From contig JALMLS010000368.1 in assembly GCA_038496445.1 (NCBI GenBank), forward strand, positions 62,001 through 126,000: DNA of 64,000 nt, read 5' to 3'. The first letter of the stretch is position 1; every line of letters begins with the position of its first letter. Source of the stretch: Trichosphaerium sp. ATCC 40318. Taxonomy: Eukaryota; Protista; Tubulinea. Shown here piece after piece: positions 13,106-25,124 of the stretch. The notes beneath the pieces are model-generated. The model was not told the origin of the DNA, did not search any database, and saw only the letters and a list, made by a program, of their open reading frames with translations. Made by a program: the position numbers and the translations under genes.

Positions 13106-13922
13106 TCAATCCAAAAAACCTGACCAAAATGGCAGAAATTGTTCTCTCACCCTCGTGCCATCCCAATGCCAGACCTTGTATTCTCCTTCCAGTTTATCAT
13201 TTATGTAATTACACTCGATCTTCAATTGCCCATTCGAATGCCACATCTTGTATTCTCCTTCTTTTTTGTCATTTATGTAATTACACTCGATCTTCAATTG
13301 CCCATTCGAATACCACACCTTGTATTCTCCTTCTTTTTTGCCATTAATGTAATTATGCTGGCTTCTCAATTGCCCATTCGAATGCCACACCTTGTATTCT
13401 CCTTCCAGTTTGTCATTAATGTAAATATAGTGGCTTCTTAAATCCCCACCTACAAACCACTTCTTGTATTCTCCTTTCTTGTCATTGGTGTAAAGGCACT
13501 TGCTTATCAATCCGCCGCTATAGTACCATACCTTGTACTCTCCTTCTTTTATGCCATTGATGTAATTAATTTGCCTATCTAATTGACCGTTGAGGTACCA
13601 ATCCTTGTACTCTCCATCTTGTACACCATGTTTCCAGCATGTTTGATTTACAACAAAGTTGTTTACTTTTCGTAGCCATTTTCCATGCTTATTCATCTCA
13701 CAATCATACCTTGTGTTTATTGCTGCCTGTTTTGAAAGGATTGGCCACTTTATATAAACTGACAAGTCCAAATCGATAATATCAAGCTGAATCTCAACTG
13801 GAAGGTTAAACAGATGGCATTCTTCTGGTTTTTTTGTAAATCTCTATTAAAGTCGTTACTTAGGCACTTTATCTTGTAATTAAACGAATGCTAATTACCT
13901 TGTATTCAGTGTTTGCAAGCAT
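13106..13922 (-). CDS. F-box-like + MORN-variant (MORN_2-type) repeat protein
   Basis: Short exon MLANTEYK, then LFNLPVEIQLDII, then ~24-aa repeats EGEYKVWHSNGQLKIECNYINDKK. Confidence 0.85.
13170..13620 (-). repeat. ~72-bp tandem coding repeats (MORN units)
   Basis: Near-identical units containing ...caccttgtattctccttc...atgtaatta...caattgcccattcgaat. Confidence 0.85.
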
Positions 13923-14397
13923 AATCCAAAATGTAAGGGTCTTTGGAGGAACAACGTAAGCGAAAACGGTCTTAAGTACAACTAATGTTAAATGAATATT
14001 TTCTTCAGCAGCACGCAGGTCAGATTCTTGCCTTTCTCACTACAGAATTACTTTACAAGTTTATTCTGCGGAACATTTTGTATCCCATCTAAGAGTACTC
14101 AAAGTATATATAACTGTCTATTGACATCAAGCACTCATAACAAAAGTTAAAAATATCTCAAGTTTGAAATGAAATCCGACATTGTTTGTTATGGCACGTG
14201 ATGAAGAAAAAACCAATTATGGTTTGCTTTCTACAATTGGAGTTATCAACCTCTTGATGGACAAAGGACAAAAAGGGTAGCGCCGAATTTTGATTCTGGC
14301 AGCAAAGTCCGCAGTTTTTGTGCAGCGCTTACTGTTGTAGACTTCATGCGTTTTTTTTGCTTTGAATTGCCCAAATACCAACTAATAGACACCAACA

Positions 14398-14836
14398 ATG
14401 AATAGTGACGATTTTATGCAAACAACGTTCCATATGAAAGAAATGGGCTACACACTCCTAAAAACTACAACATCATGCTTCGAGAACTGCGTAGGTAACT
14501 TCAGAACCTCACAAATAGACGAACACGAAGAAGCATGCATCTACAAGTAAGCACTTGTTTTAATTTAGCGTATAGCGCGCTTTTCGCTACATAAGCGCTT
14601 ATTACCACCTATTTCCCATGAACTCACATTAAAATACACAGGTGTTTCTCCAAATACTTGCCAGCAGCTGAGTACGTATAAAGACCTCTATAATATCAAT
14701 TTTTACGCCTTTCAAAAACAATACGGCCTTTTTGCTTAAAAGTTGCTTAATGCGCGTCATACTAACGTAAAATAGACAATTTGGTGAAAACTGGGCTAAT
14801 AACATGATGGTACAAGCGCAAAAACATCAACGTTGA
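14398..14836 (+). CDS. TIM9: Small Tim chaperone (Tim9-like), 3 exons
   Basis: Spliced product MNSDDFMQ...SCFENCVGNFRTSQIDEHEEACIYKCFSKYL...QR* carries a twin CX3C motif. It is missed by the ORF track. Confidence 0.85.
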
Positions 14837-15751
14837 GGCACATAATAAACGCTCTTTAAACTCCTTCGTATGCGTAAGTTTTCTATCGTAAAAAGGTAAT
14901 GGACAATATTTGGTTCCAATTGAGACCTACAAACTACAAAAAAAGTTGTTTTTTCCATTTTTTTTTTGCCCTTTCATCAACGCCAGGAGGCCCTATTCTG
15001 CAATCATAATATCTTCGTACAATTATTTTTTCTTCACGTGTCAAAAAATGACACTTTGAGTACATTACATCCAATCAGCAAACAACATTTTCAGTTTGAA
15101 GTCAAATTCCTGCGTACCGCCAGTACGAGCGATAAACAATTTGAGTCAAAAAGAACCTTGCACGTGGTATTGAGAAACATTGTTGCAACTATTTTGGTTG
15201 CAAATCAGGAAGCGTGTTTCTATTATTAGTTCAAAATAGCCACGTAAAACCGTTTCTTCTACTTGTTAAACATATTAACAAAGAGAGCTTTCTTTTGCGA
15301 AATAAATAAGAATTCTAATGCGAACGTACAAGAAAAAACGTGTTGTTTAAACAATGAAAATGGAGCTGTTAAACAAGGGTAGTAGAAAGTTTGGAAGTAA
15401 GTTGTTGTTCTGGCCAATATAATCTTGTATACGGACCAATAGCTCTCATTCATATACCTGATAGGAATCAATACGTTTTATGCTCACGTGACGCAAACTC
15501 AATATCTTTGTTAATGTAATGTTTTGTGAGAAAAGTGTGGACAAGGTATGCATTGATTCATAATGAAAGCCTATCAGGACCTACTTGTTAATTAACTGGA
15601 TTTAGTAAACGTGACAGTAGTTATAGAAATGCAGCGTGTTGTTGTAATAGTTTGACAGTGTTGATGAGTCCTCCCACAGCACGTAGTCCTCCCATAGTGT
15701 CTAAACGCAATTCTGCCTTAATCTATGTTCAGATATTTATAGAGTGTTGTC

Positions 15752-17175
15752 ATGCCGCGCCACAACAACAATAAGAGGAGCATGATGGATTATCTCCCAG
15801 TTGAATTGATTTTAACGATATTTGATTGTATTTTAACACCTAGAGACCTTTCTTCCTCTCTACAAACGAGTTGGTGTTTAAACTCAATAGTAAAATCAAC
15901 GATATTGTACAAGGTAGCCCTGACTGAGATGCACACGAAATAAACAGTTTTGTTATTTAGAGCTTAACAACTGTTTTTCCGATACAACACGTGGCTGGTG
16001 CATACAAAAAGGGTAGTTGTGATGGTATGTATTAATTTCTGAAAGTACAGAGTCAAAATTTAAGAAAAACCTTGTTTTTAGGTCCAGCACGTGATGCACG
16101 TTTTTTCCATGCGCGTGGATTGGCTTTTGATAGAGATGGTGATGTACGTATTAGCCACGAGCTATTTTTACTTAAGATTGTCTCTGTATTACCAATGAAT
16201 ATATGAGAACCTCAGCACGCAGCTTGTTTTATTTTTAAACAAGTTTTAAAGTACTCAGTAAGTTTTTATTTATTTTTTTTTAAAGTTGCTCATCACCGAT
16301 AACTCAAATCATTGTATACGCAAGTTGTGTATGTCTACTGGTATTGTAAGCACATTAGAAGTAACAAGGAAAGGCTTAGAATTTCCTCATGATGTAGCTG
16401 TTGATAGTGATGGCAACATCTTCATCGCAGATGCTGCACACAGTGTAAGGTGTTTTCTTTTTGGTTGTTTTTCTCGTTGTCAAAAGTACATCCTTCAAAC
16501 TGTCATTTTTGACCCTTTATCTTCTATCATTACCTTCACTAACTATTAGCTAAAGAGCATTAAATACATTGACTATAAAACAGGAGAAATGAAGGTATTT
16601 TACAGGCAACCTTCCGAAGGATGGCTTAGAAGTATTGCGATAAGTCCTTGTTCAGGAAAAATATACTATACCAACAGCTCTAACAGTCGTGTGGAAGTCA
16701 AGTGTGGGATTTCTAAAACATCAACAAAGGAGTTACCAATAGGAGAGTTTATAAATATAACAAGAGCATACGGAGTAGAAATAGGAGATGAAAGAATTTT
16801 TGTTGGAACATATACAAAACTTTTTGTTGCTTCGTGCAAAAGTCATACAGTGTATCAGTATCCTTTTAAAAACTTGTCTAATTTGAGCCTTCTATGTTAT
16901 GTTAAAGGTATGATACGAATGACACGTGAATATTTCAAAAATCAAGCGTGTATTGCATTTGACATTGTTTGATTTTTTTTTTTGTAGGCAGTCTGTTTTT
17001 TGGATGCAGTGGGACTCTTTACCGATTGTTTGTTGAATCAAAGGAACTTGTCAAAGTAAAATTAAGCACTAATTACCCTTCTTTGCACGATATTCATGGT
17101 ATGGCGTATCATAATAACGAGCTATACTTCACACATAATGTTCACGTTTTAAGCAAAATAAGAATAAAAATCTGA
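15752..17175 (+). CDS. F-box + NHL-repeat (beta-propeller) protein
   Basis: F-box: MDYLPVELILTIF. NHL: DGPARDARFFHARGLAFDRDGDLLITDNSNHCIRK and FPHDVAVDSDGNIFIAD. Confidence 0.85.
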
Positions 17176-17359
17176 TATTTTCCGAGAAAAATCAACAATC
17201 GTTTGTTGCATGTACCTCATACCTCATTAACTGCTATCTTTGTGTAAATAATATAGTTGAACAGAGACATAATTCTCCTTCAAATGATGGTTGGAATGCC
17301 TATGCAGTACTCATAACAATCAATCAAGTACGAAAATTTAATAAAGTTGAGTTAAATAT

Positions 17360-18658
17360 TTATTCATTGTCACTGTCTTGTTCATAGTAGTCGATTGTGT
17401 ACAACTTGAACTTTTTCATTGCATCCTTGAAGATAACATCTGAGGTTAACTTACCCTTTAACGGATCAAAATCAACCTGGTGATCAATACTGTACACAAC
17501 AAGGTTACAGATGACAAACTGCCTCAAATTGACATTTCCTGTAAAAAACCAAAATATATCAGTTTACAAATAGTACTTCTGTATCACGCTTACCTATTAT
17601 CAATGAATAGTCACCAAGTTGTATAATGGTAAATCCAAACCATTCGTTACGCTGACCATCAAAGTAGGCTATTCTATTTTTATTGGAGCCACCCTCGAAA
17701 CAAATTAGTCTCCTCTCTTTGCTTACTTGGATTTCTCTTTGATGCCACTCAACAACTTCTTTGAACTTTTCGCAGACTGCTTCCGTATATTTCCTCAAGG
17801 TACGCTCTGGATAATCCTTTATCTCAGCACCTACGAAAGTAGGTATTGTTGGGTTGATGAACGTTTCCCAAACGCCTGGAAACTCATCAAGATCTTCGCC
17901 TTCAAACTCGGAAAAAATAAAATCCCAGTCCATATCAAGTTGTAAAGGTTGACCTTTGAATATGCTCAACATACGTCTAGCCATTTCAGCGGCTTTGGGA
18001 TTATGTTTTAATAGCGTTTTTAAAACCCCAGAGGAATTGTATTCTCTAAGAAGCTCTACAAGTTCTTCAAGTTTAGGCATGTCTGTAACTTTTTCTTCAA
18101 AATCTGGCAACTCTTCGGGTTGTGAAACGTCTTCGTATGCTACACTACGGATATGTTAGAAACTGAGAAACAAAACTAAGGAAAGTGGCCACATACTAGG
18201 TTCCAGATTTCACAGTTCGTACACTAGGTGACGTAGACTCAATGAATATTTGCATTTTTCTTTTTGGGATAACTATGATTGGTCTAACGCTTTGATAAAA
18301 TTCCAAGAAAACTTCAGCATTCTTGCCGCGATAAACCTTTCCCCCGTCAGTCATGACCAGTATATCCTTATCATCGCTATTGTATTAAGAGAATATAAGA
18401 CAGAGATGGCTTCAAATTTGTTGAGGCTGAACGTACAGCACAGCTTCTCGCTTAGTGAGCAAGTAGTAACATTTTGCACTTTCTTCAATACACTAAAAAA
18501 CAAGCACGTGAACACATCGTAAAAAAAAAACTAAAGCACGTTCTCACCTTTTGTTTTAAGACTTCAGTAACAGTTGAATCAGTTACGACTAGTATCTGTT
18601 TAAACCGATTAGGGTTTGTTTCTGTAGGTACTGGTGGTCTGTATTTTCTTGCTGGCAT
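17360..18658 (-). CDS. Hypothetical protein (multi-exon)
   Basis: Spliced frame from MPARKYRPPVP through CYYLLTKREAV, GKVYRGKNA, QIFIESTS and the 183-aa ORF, ending ...YEQDSDNE*. Confidence 0.7.
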
Positions 18659-19182
18659 TCTATTAAAAATGTAAGAGGTGTGTATTCCGTTGTGTAATTT
18701 GTCAAAAAATGGTTAAAATACGAGTCGACGCTGGTTTGTGGTTATCACTGAAAACACAAAAGCGCACTCAGCATAAAGGACTCGTGTCTGTACCATAGTG
18801 GGCTTTTTTTTTGCTTGGATAGGATAGTACAGAAGAGCTAGTATAAAACAAATTTCGTTACTTGAAAATTATATGATTTGACCTGAAGTAAGGTTATTTT
18901 TACAAGAGAAAAATATAAAGGCAGGTAGTTTTTTTTCATGGCAAAATGTACTCCCTAGTATAATTTTAGGAAAACGTAAGACCTGACACCACTGGCAACC
19001 TCACACCATATCACAAATAAACCCAGTCATTAAACAACCATGGTTTGAGTAATATTTTGCAATCCACAACTTATTTTAGCTCGAGTTGTGTTCACGTGAC
19101 AACAGTCAACAGTTGACTTGATTTCAAATTTTTTTTTTCATTTTCTGTACAATTTTGGTTTTTTCTTCTTTTTTTTTTGCTA

Positions 19183-22100
19183 TTAACTGGATGTTTCAAC
19201 ATCCCAAGTAGCCTCATCAATAGCACCACGAAGTGTACCAACAAGGTTTTCTAATCTTTCTGAATTCTGTATCGCTTCTGTTTCAACTTGTTCTTGCTTA
19301 ATACGCTTAGCCTCAATCTCAAGATCCTTTTCAACAAGCTCATTGTCTGTTTCGAGCACTGTTTGGATTTCTTCCAGAGAAAGAGTCTCATACTTCAGCA
19401 ACGATCCAGCGAGCTTGTGTAGGTGTTGTTCATGATCTACAAGCAATTTCTGTACCCTCTCGTAAGATTCCTAAAGCGTGTAGTGGGTAAGCACTACGTG
19501 ACAGAAAAACCGCAACAAACTAAAGCTCTTTATGCACGCGCACGTTTGTGAGTCTAAGAGCTTCTCTCTCAGCCTTTCTTTTCAAGTCTTCTGAAATGTC
19601 GACATTTTGAAACAATTTCCCATCAAGAGCTAATTTACCATACTCTTCACTCATACCATATTGAGTAACCATCTAATAACCATAAATCAGTAAAAAAAGC
19701 ATAACAAAAAAAAAAGTTTTTTGAAGTTTTTAAAAATCACGTGATAACGTACGCTGAGTGCTGTTTGTGTTGCTTGTCTAAAATCACTAGAAGCACCTTG
19801 GGTTACCAAGGATTTACCAAAAATAAATTCCTAAAATGACGTTAGTCACACGTGTCTTTGACTTTTTTTTTGATTCAAGAAAAAGAAATGCATTTCTTTT
19901 TTTTTTTCTGGTTTCATCTTTGATGTACCTCTGCAGCTCTACCACCCATAGCAACGTCAAGATTTGCAAGCAATTGTTCTCTTGTTATCAATTTCTTATC
20001 ATCTCCGCTAAAATTAACCATACCCAAGGCTCCACCACCTAAACTTGTTTAGTTTGCTTTTTTTTTTTGGAAATGTGAAAAAAAAATATTAGCGTACGAG
20101 GTATCAAAGTTGCTTTTCTGATCTTTTGTGCGCCTTGAGTGAAATAAGCAACAAGTGCATGACCTGACTCATGGTATGCAGTCAATCTCTTTGTTTCTGC
20201 GTCTAGAACCATTGTTTTCTTTTCGCGGCCCATAGCAACATTTAAAATAGCTGTATCAAGCATTTCTTGTGAAATCTTCTCCTGCTTGGCCTATTTAAAG
20301 GTAAGTAAAATGCTGTCGGCAAAAAAAAGACGCCTCAAACTAAAACGTACTTTGATCGCTTCAATACCAGCCCAATTCACCATATTGAATATATCTGCTC
20401 CAGAAAACCCTGTACAAGCTGATGCAAGGGATTCCAGATTAATATCTAGAAGATTGTGTCAGTTGAGATGTTGATTTCTGCTCTTCTTTTTTTGAAAATT
20501 TTTTTCATACCATCAGTTCCGTTGTTTTTAAGGTATAATTTAAGCATTGCTGCACGTTCTTTCATGTCAGGGTATCCGAAATATACTTTTCTATCAAACC
20601 GACCAGGTCTTAGTAATGCTTTATCAAGCTTTGACTCCAAATTTGTAGCACCAACAATGATAACTTTAAGAAGAAAATCAGAAAAAAAAGAAAAAAAGCT
20701 CGTTTTTAGTACCATCATTTTCCTCAAAACCATCCATTTCAACAAGCAGTTGATTTACTGTATTATTACTTGATAACATGCTCTGATCCCTGCGACCAGC
20801 TAGAGCATCAACCTCATCAATAAAGATGATACAAGGCGCATTTTCCTTAGCAGTTTCTAGAGACAGTATCAGCAGAAGAAAACAGAAGAAAAAAAAACGA
20901 TTGTAATGAACATAACATAAAAAACACATACTGAAGAGCTGTCTTAATCTCCTAGCTCCAAGACCAACAAAAACTTCATCGAATTCTGAACCACTTGATG
21001 AAGAAAAATAAGCAAAAAGAAAAAAAACATCGAACTTCAAAAAAAAAAAAACAATCAAGTGCGAAGAGCACGTCTAATATTTGAAGTATCTAGCTCTGTA
21101 CCTAACACTTAAAAAGCTCACACCAGCTTCACCTGCTAATGCTCTAGCCATCAAGGTTTTACCTGTTCCAGGTGGCCCTACAAGAAGTACACCACGTGGT
21201 GGTTTGACACCCAAGCGATCATACTCTGAAGGGTTACGAAGGAACTCTAGGATATCGCTCAAGTCTTCTTTTGCTTCAGCACAACCAATTACATCTTCAA
21301 AAGTAAAATCTGGATTCTCAACAGCGCCATAGTCATTATTAAGGATTTCTTTTAACATCCCTCCTTGGCTGATAAAAAAAATTTTCAGTTTGTTAATGTG
21401 TGGATGCTGTCTTACCCTCCATTACCAAGAATGAGATATAAGAATGCGCAAAGCAAACCAAGGCTTACAAGAAATTGTAATACACTCATTAATTTCTCGC
21501 CTGTGCTACGTTGTACCCTGTAGAAAAAAAAAGTTAAAATGTGGAAGTTAGTTTTTTTTTCTTTTTTTTTTTGTTTTCCCCTTTGGGAGAATGGTACCTA
21601 ACGTATAATGCTCCGCCAAGGCTATCTATGAGTACTTTCATCTCTTGTGATATATTTTTATTCTTCTCAACAGCAGTCTCTACAAGAAAAAGAGAAAATA
21701 AGCACAAAAAGCTCAAACTGTGATAGTTTTTTTTTTGGGAAGTTGGAAACTTTTTTTTTTGTACAGATGGACGTACTGAGGTCAATCACGCCTAGACCTT
21801 GCGTTGGTTTCCTGTGGGGGTTGAGTCTTATTTTCGGTTGATCTTTTACTACGTTCTTCATTTCTTTAAAGTTCCAATCTTGCCACCCAGAGCCCGTTTT
21901 TATCTCAACTTTTGGTTTTGAATCTTCAACTTTTGGTTTTGGATCTTCAACTTTTTTCACTTTTTTACCGAAAATACTCCAAAATGTTCTCGCTTGTAAA
22001 AAACCTTGTTGACGATGCGTCAATACAACCAAAAACAATAGAAAAGCGACATAATTTACAAAAGAAATTTGCGTCTGTCAGACCGGCGTTTCCTTCGGCA

Positions 22101-22505
22101 AAATACAAAATATTTGTCGTTACGTCTAGTGCGACTACATTGAAGCTATTTATCGCTGTTTTCACGTACTTGGCGAGCAATATCTAGGCCGAGATGTAAT
22201 GGAAGAATGTAATAGTGGATGTCTAGTAGTAGACTTGCGTAGAGTACTTCCTGAGCTGTTTAGTTGATTAGTGCATAATAACCTTACAAATGATATGTTG
22301 ATGTATTTTAGGCGTTAATAGGTGTTTTAAGACAAGAATTAGTCGAGTTATCACGTACCCAATAGTTTTTACATAATTTCGCTGTGTTTCGCGTGTACAT
22401 GTACTACGTAGCGTTATAGAGCGTGCGTACGTGCCAGAACGCCACAACTACTCAAAAGGCGTCAGAATACCAACTAGCGTGTTATATACTGCGTACCAAT
22501 GACAT
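19183..22505 (-). CDS. YME1: Mitochondrial i-AAA / FtsH-family ATP-dependent zinc metalloprotease
   Basis: Walker A GPPGTGKT, Walker [22 protein letters not shown], zinc motif AYHESGH, GASSDF. Arg-rich N-terminal presequence. Confidence 0.93.
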
Positions 22506-23196
22506 GAATATTATTCTTAACGATAAGCTCACTGTCTGCTTACAATAATCAAAAAAAAAAAGAGCAACCAGAAATTTCGATAAAATTAGGCAAAACAATG
22601 TTTGCTTACTGAAACAAAACCGCTACAACTCCATACCGCCATTTTCTACTTTCTTCGCTACCTGAACGGAATCGCGTAACGATTTCACAAAATTCCTTCG
22701 AATTTCTGTGTCCGCTTGTAAAAAGAACGTACAAACGGTCTTTAGCATCAAAATACTGCGCTGGATCAATCAAATGAAGTACCAAAAACTCCACAAGCGA
22801 AAAGAGAATTAATCGTTTGGTAGCACGTTTTGCAAACCAAAACATAGCTGAAACTGTTCTCACGCATGGAAAATAGATACCAGAAGGGTTTATATGTGTT
22901 TTAGAATGTGCATTATCCATATTTAGAGTATCAGAGTAGATATTTCAGTGAATTAGACCAAACTATTCGAATTTGCCTTTGATTAATGTAAAACGAACAT
23001 ACAAAACGTTCATAAACACCTACGCAACGTGGTGGACCGATGGAAATTGTATTTTATCGAAATCCACTAATACCACTTTTTATTTTTATCAACAAATGAG
23101 TGGTTTATAAATATTTCACTTTTGTTTATCATCAGGAAGGAAAATAGCACGGTAAACAAGGAATAGCACTGCAAAGAAGCTTGGCGTAGAATTTAA

Positions 23197-23399
23197 ATAT
23201 TCAAAGTAGTTCAACCAAGGGGTAAGCACAGGACCCCAGTGTTGTCTGCTGCGCCAACTACACTGGCTATGCGTATTTTCCAGCACTGTCATTAACATGG
23301 CTAGTGTCAGCGTATCAAATGATAACGATACGGAGGTACCCCACTGTGCACCCGTAAGACCAACGGCAGGGGGGGCGCCGACTCTCACAATATCTTTTT
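23197..23399 (+). ncRNA. Candidate structured non-coding RNA (family not recognised)
   Basis: GC-rich island with a closing stem 23220-23231/23344-23353 enclosing three hairpins. G-U pairs favour the + strand, and a T5 run follows at 23395-23399. Confidence 0.4.
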
Positions 23400-23607
23400 G
23401 TTTGTACAAACAGATAAAGTAGCCATGAAACCATCGAAACCAAACGATCATATTTTTAGCATTAAGAAGATGATTTCCCTCAACCATTTATTTGAAGTAC
23501 AAAGACATGTAACTGGTATGCTTATTGATGCAGCGAGCACATGACAAGGGTTTTTAGCGGCATTCATTGATTACATGAAATGAATGAAGTATTGTTGTGT
23601 TCCTTCA

Positions 23608-24600
23608 TCAAAACTGTGCAAATCCTCTTCTGGATACGTTTGCACAGTGCAATGCCTTGATACCCTCCTCTGTAATAGATGTACAATACTCTAGATTAAT
23701 GGTATGCACGCCCATCAATGCCTTTAAACCTTCATCTGTTATTGATTTAACATCATACAAGTTGATTGTATGTACGCCTGCCAACGCCTTTAAACCATCA
23801 TCTGTTACCTCTGTAAACGCTAGATTAATATCATGAACGCCAGCCAATACCTTGATGCCCTCATCTGTCACTTGTGTCTCACAAAGGTTGATTGTATGAA
23901 TACCAGCCAATGCCTTGATGGCTGAATTCGTTATGTTTTTACACCTGTGCAAACTGATTTTTCGTAACCCACCAGCCAAGGCTTTCACACCTTCATTTGT
24001 AACATTTGTAAATGATAAATCAATATCACATACACCAGCTAACGCCTTGACACCCTCATCTGTAATTTTTAAGCAGTCATGCAAGTTAATTTTGTGTACA
24101 CCAGCCAAAGCTATCAAAGATTCATCTGTAACATCTAAATACGACAAATCAATTGTATGTACACCAGCCAATGCCTTGACACCCTCATCTGTTATTGAGT
24201 TGCACTTACACAAGTTGATGGTATGTACACCAGCCAATACTTTGACTCCATCATCTGTTATCAATTCACAATAATGTAGGTCAATAGTGTGTACACCTGA
24301 TAGTTCAACAAGGTGAACGTCATTTGGCTCAAAATCACAAGTGAAAGAAATTGTAGTATTGCTCAGTAACGGACTCCCACAAAGAAGTTGCACTTCTTGG
24401 TTGTTTGAAAGAGTTATTTTGCCGTATCCAATGTGCTTGTGGACGATATCTCGCAATAAACGGCATGTTTGGGCTGAATGGCGTGTAAACGTTCCTTGTT
24501 TCAAAATAAGAACTATTAATTCAACTGGAAGTGTTATAAGCTCAGTTTTAGCCTTTTCTGTGCACCCCGAGCTTAATTTTGCTTTTCTTTGTCTGTTCAT
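23608..24600 (-). CDS. Intronless F-box + leucine-rich-repeat protein
   Basis: LITLPVELIVLIL, then ~9 repeats of LAGVHTINLxxCxxITDEGVKA. Confidence 0.88.
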   Translation of the reverse strand: MNRQRKAKLSSGCTEKAKTELITLPVELIVLILKQGTFTRHSAQTCRLLRDIVHKHIGYGKITLSNNQEVQLLCGSPLLSNTTISFTCDFEPNDVHLVELSGVHTIDLHYCELITDDGVKVLAGVHTINLCKCNSITDEGVKALAGVHTIDLSYLDVTDESLIALAGVHKINLHDCLKITDEGVKALAGVCDIDLSFTNVTNEGVKALAGGLRKISLHRCKNITNSAIKALAGIHTINLCETQVTDEGIKVLAGVHDINLAFTEVTDDGLKALAGVHTINLYDVKSITDEGLKALMGVHTINLEYCTSITEEGIKALHCANVSRRGFAQF

Positions 24601-24730
24601 TGATGTTCTGTGTTTCTTTGTTTGTTTCGTCAACAGGCGCTTTTAAGCTATACCCAGTGTTGATGTGCCTGAGAAAGTATAAATAGGCACTCAAGTCAAG
24701 TCAATTCAAGTGTACACTAAGTCTGAGACC

Positions 24731-24937
24731 CAATGAAATATGTCAAATGGGAAGCCCGCGTATAGACACAAGTAAATTCACACCTGTAACCATCGCAATC
24801 CCACTGTTCCATCAAGTTTCACAAATGGCGTCACATTACAGATTTAAAACACAGGAGAACCAACTCTGTTTACAGTGTGACTTATAGCAGTAAACGGGGT
24901 TCTCCTGGATAAATATCCCTAACTTCCTTTCCTTTTC
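24731..24937 (+). mobile_element. Short TSD-flanked insertion (SINE-like, or extremely 5'-truncated LINE 3' end)
   Basis: 14-bp direct repeat CTAAGTCTGAGACC at 24717-24730 and 24938-24951, internal stem-loop 24852-24907, pyrimidine (TTCCT-like) tail. Confidence 0.6.
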
Positions 24938-25124
24938 CTAAGTCTGAGACCACACAAAGGTAATTGAGCTATCAAAAGATGGCTGGTTTTTGTAGGAAAC
25001 GAGTCCTAAGGCAAATCATGTAGAGTGTTTTTATGCTACTTACGCCATTGGACTTAAAGTGAGATATCGGTCACGTGAGTGTTTAAAAAGGTTTTTTTAT
25101 TTAAAAGAATCATGTAATTACAAG

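Noticed and set aside
18331-18350. Apparent frameshift in the hypothetical gene
   Set aside because: Recounting the C5 run shows the frame is intact (TDGGKVY).
22606-23487. 104-aa and 123-aa minus-strand ORFs
   Set aside because: No protein-like motifs. The second is better explained by the GC-rich structured segment.
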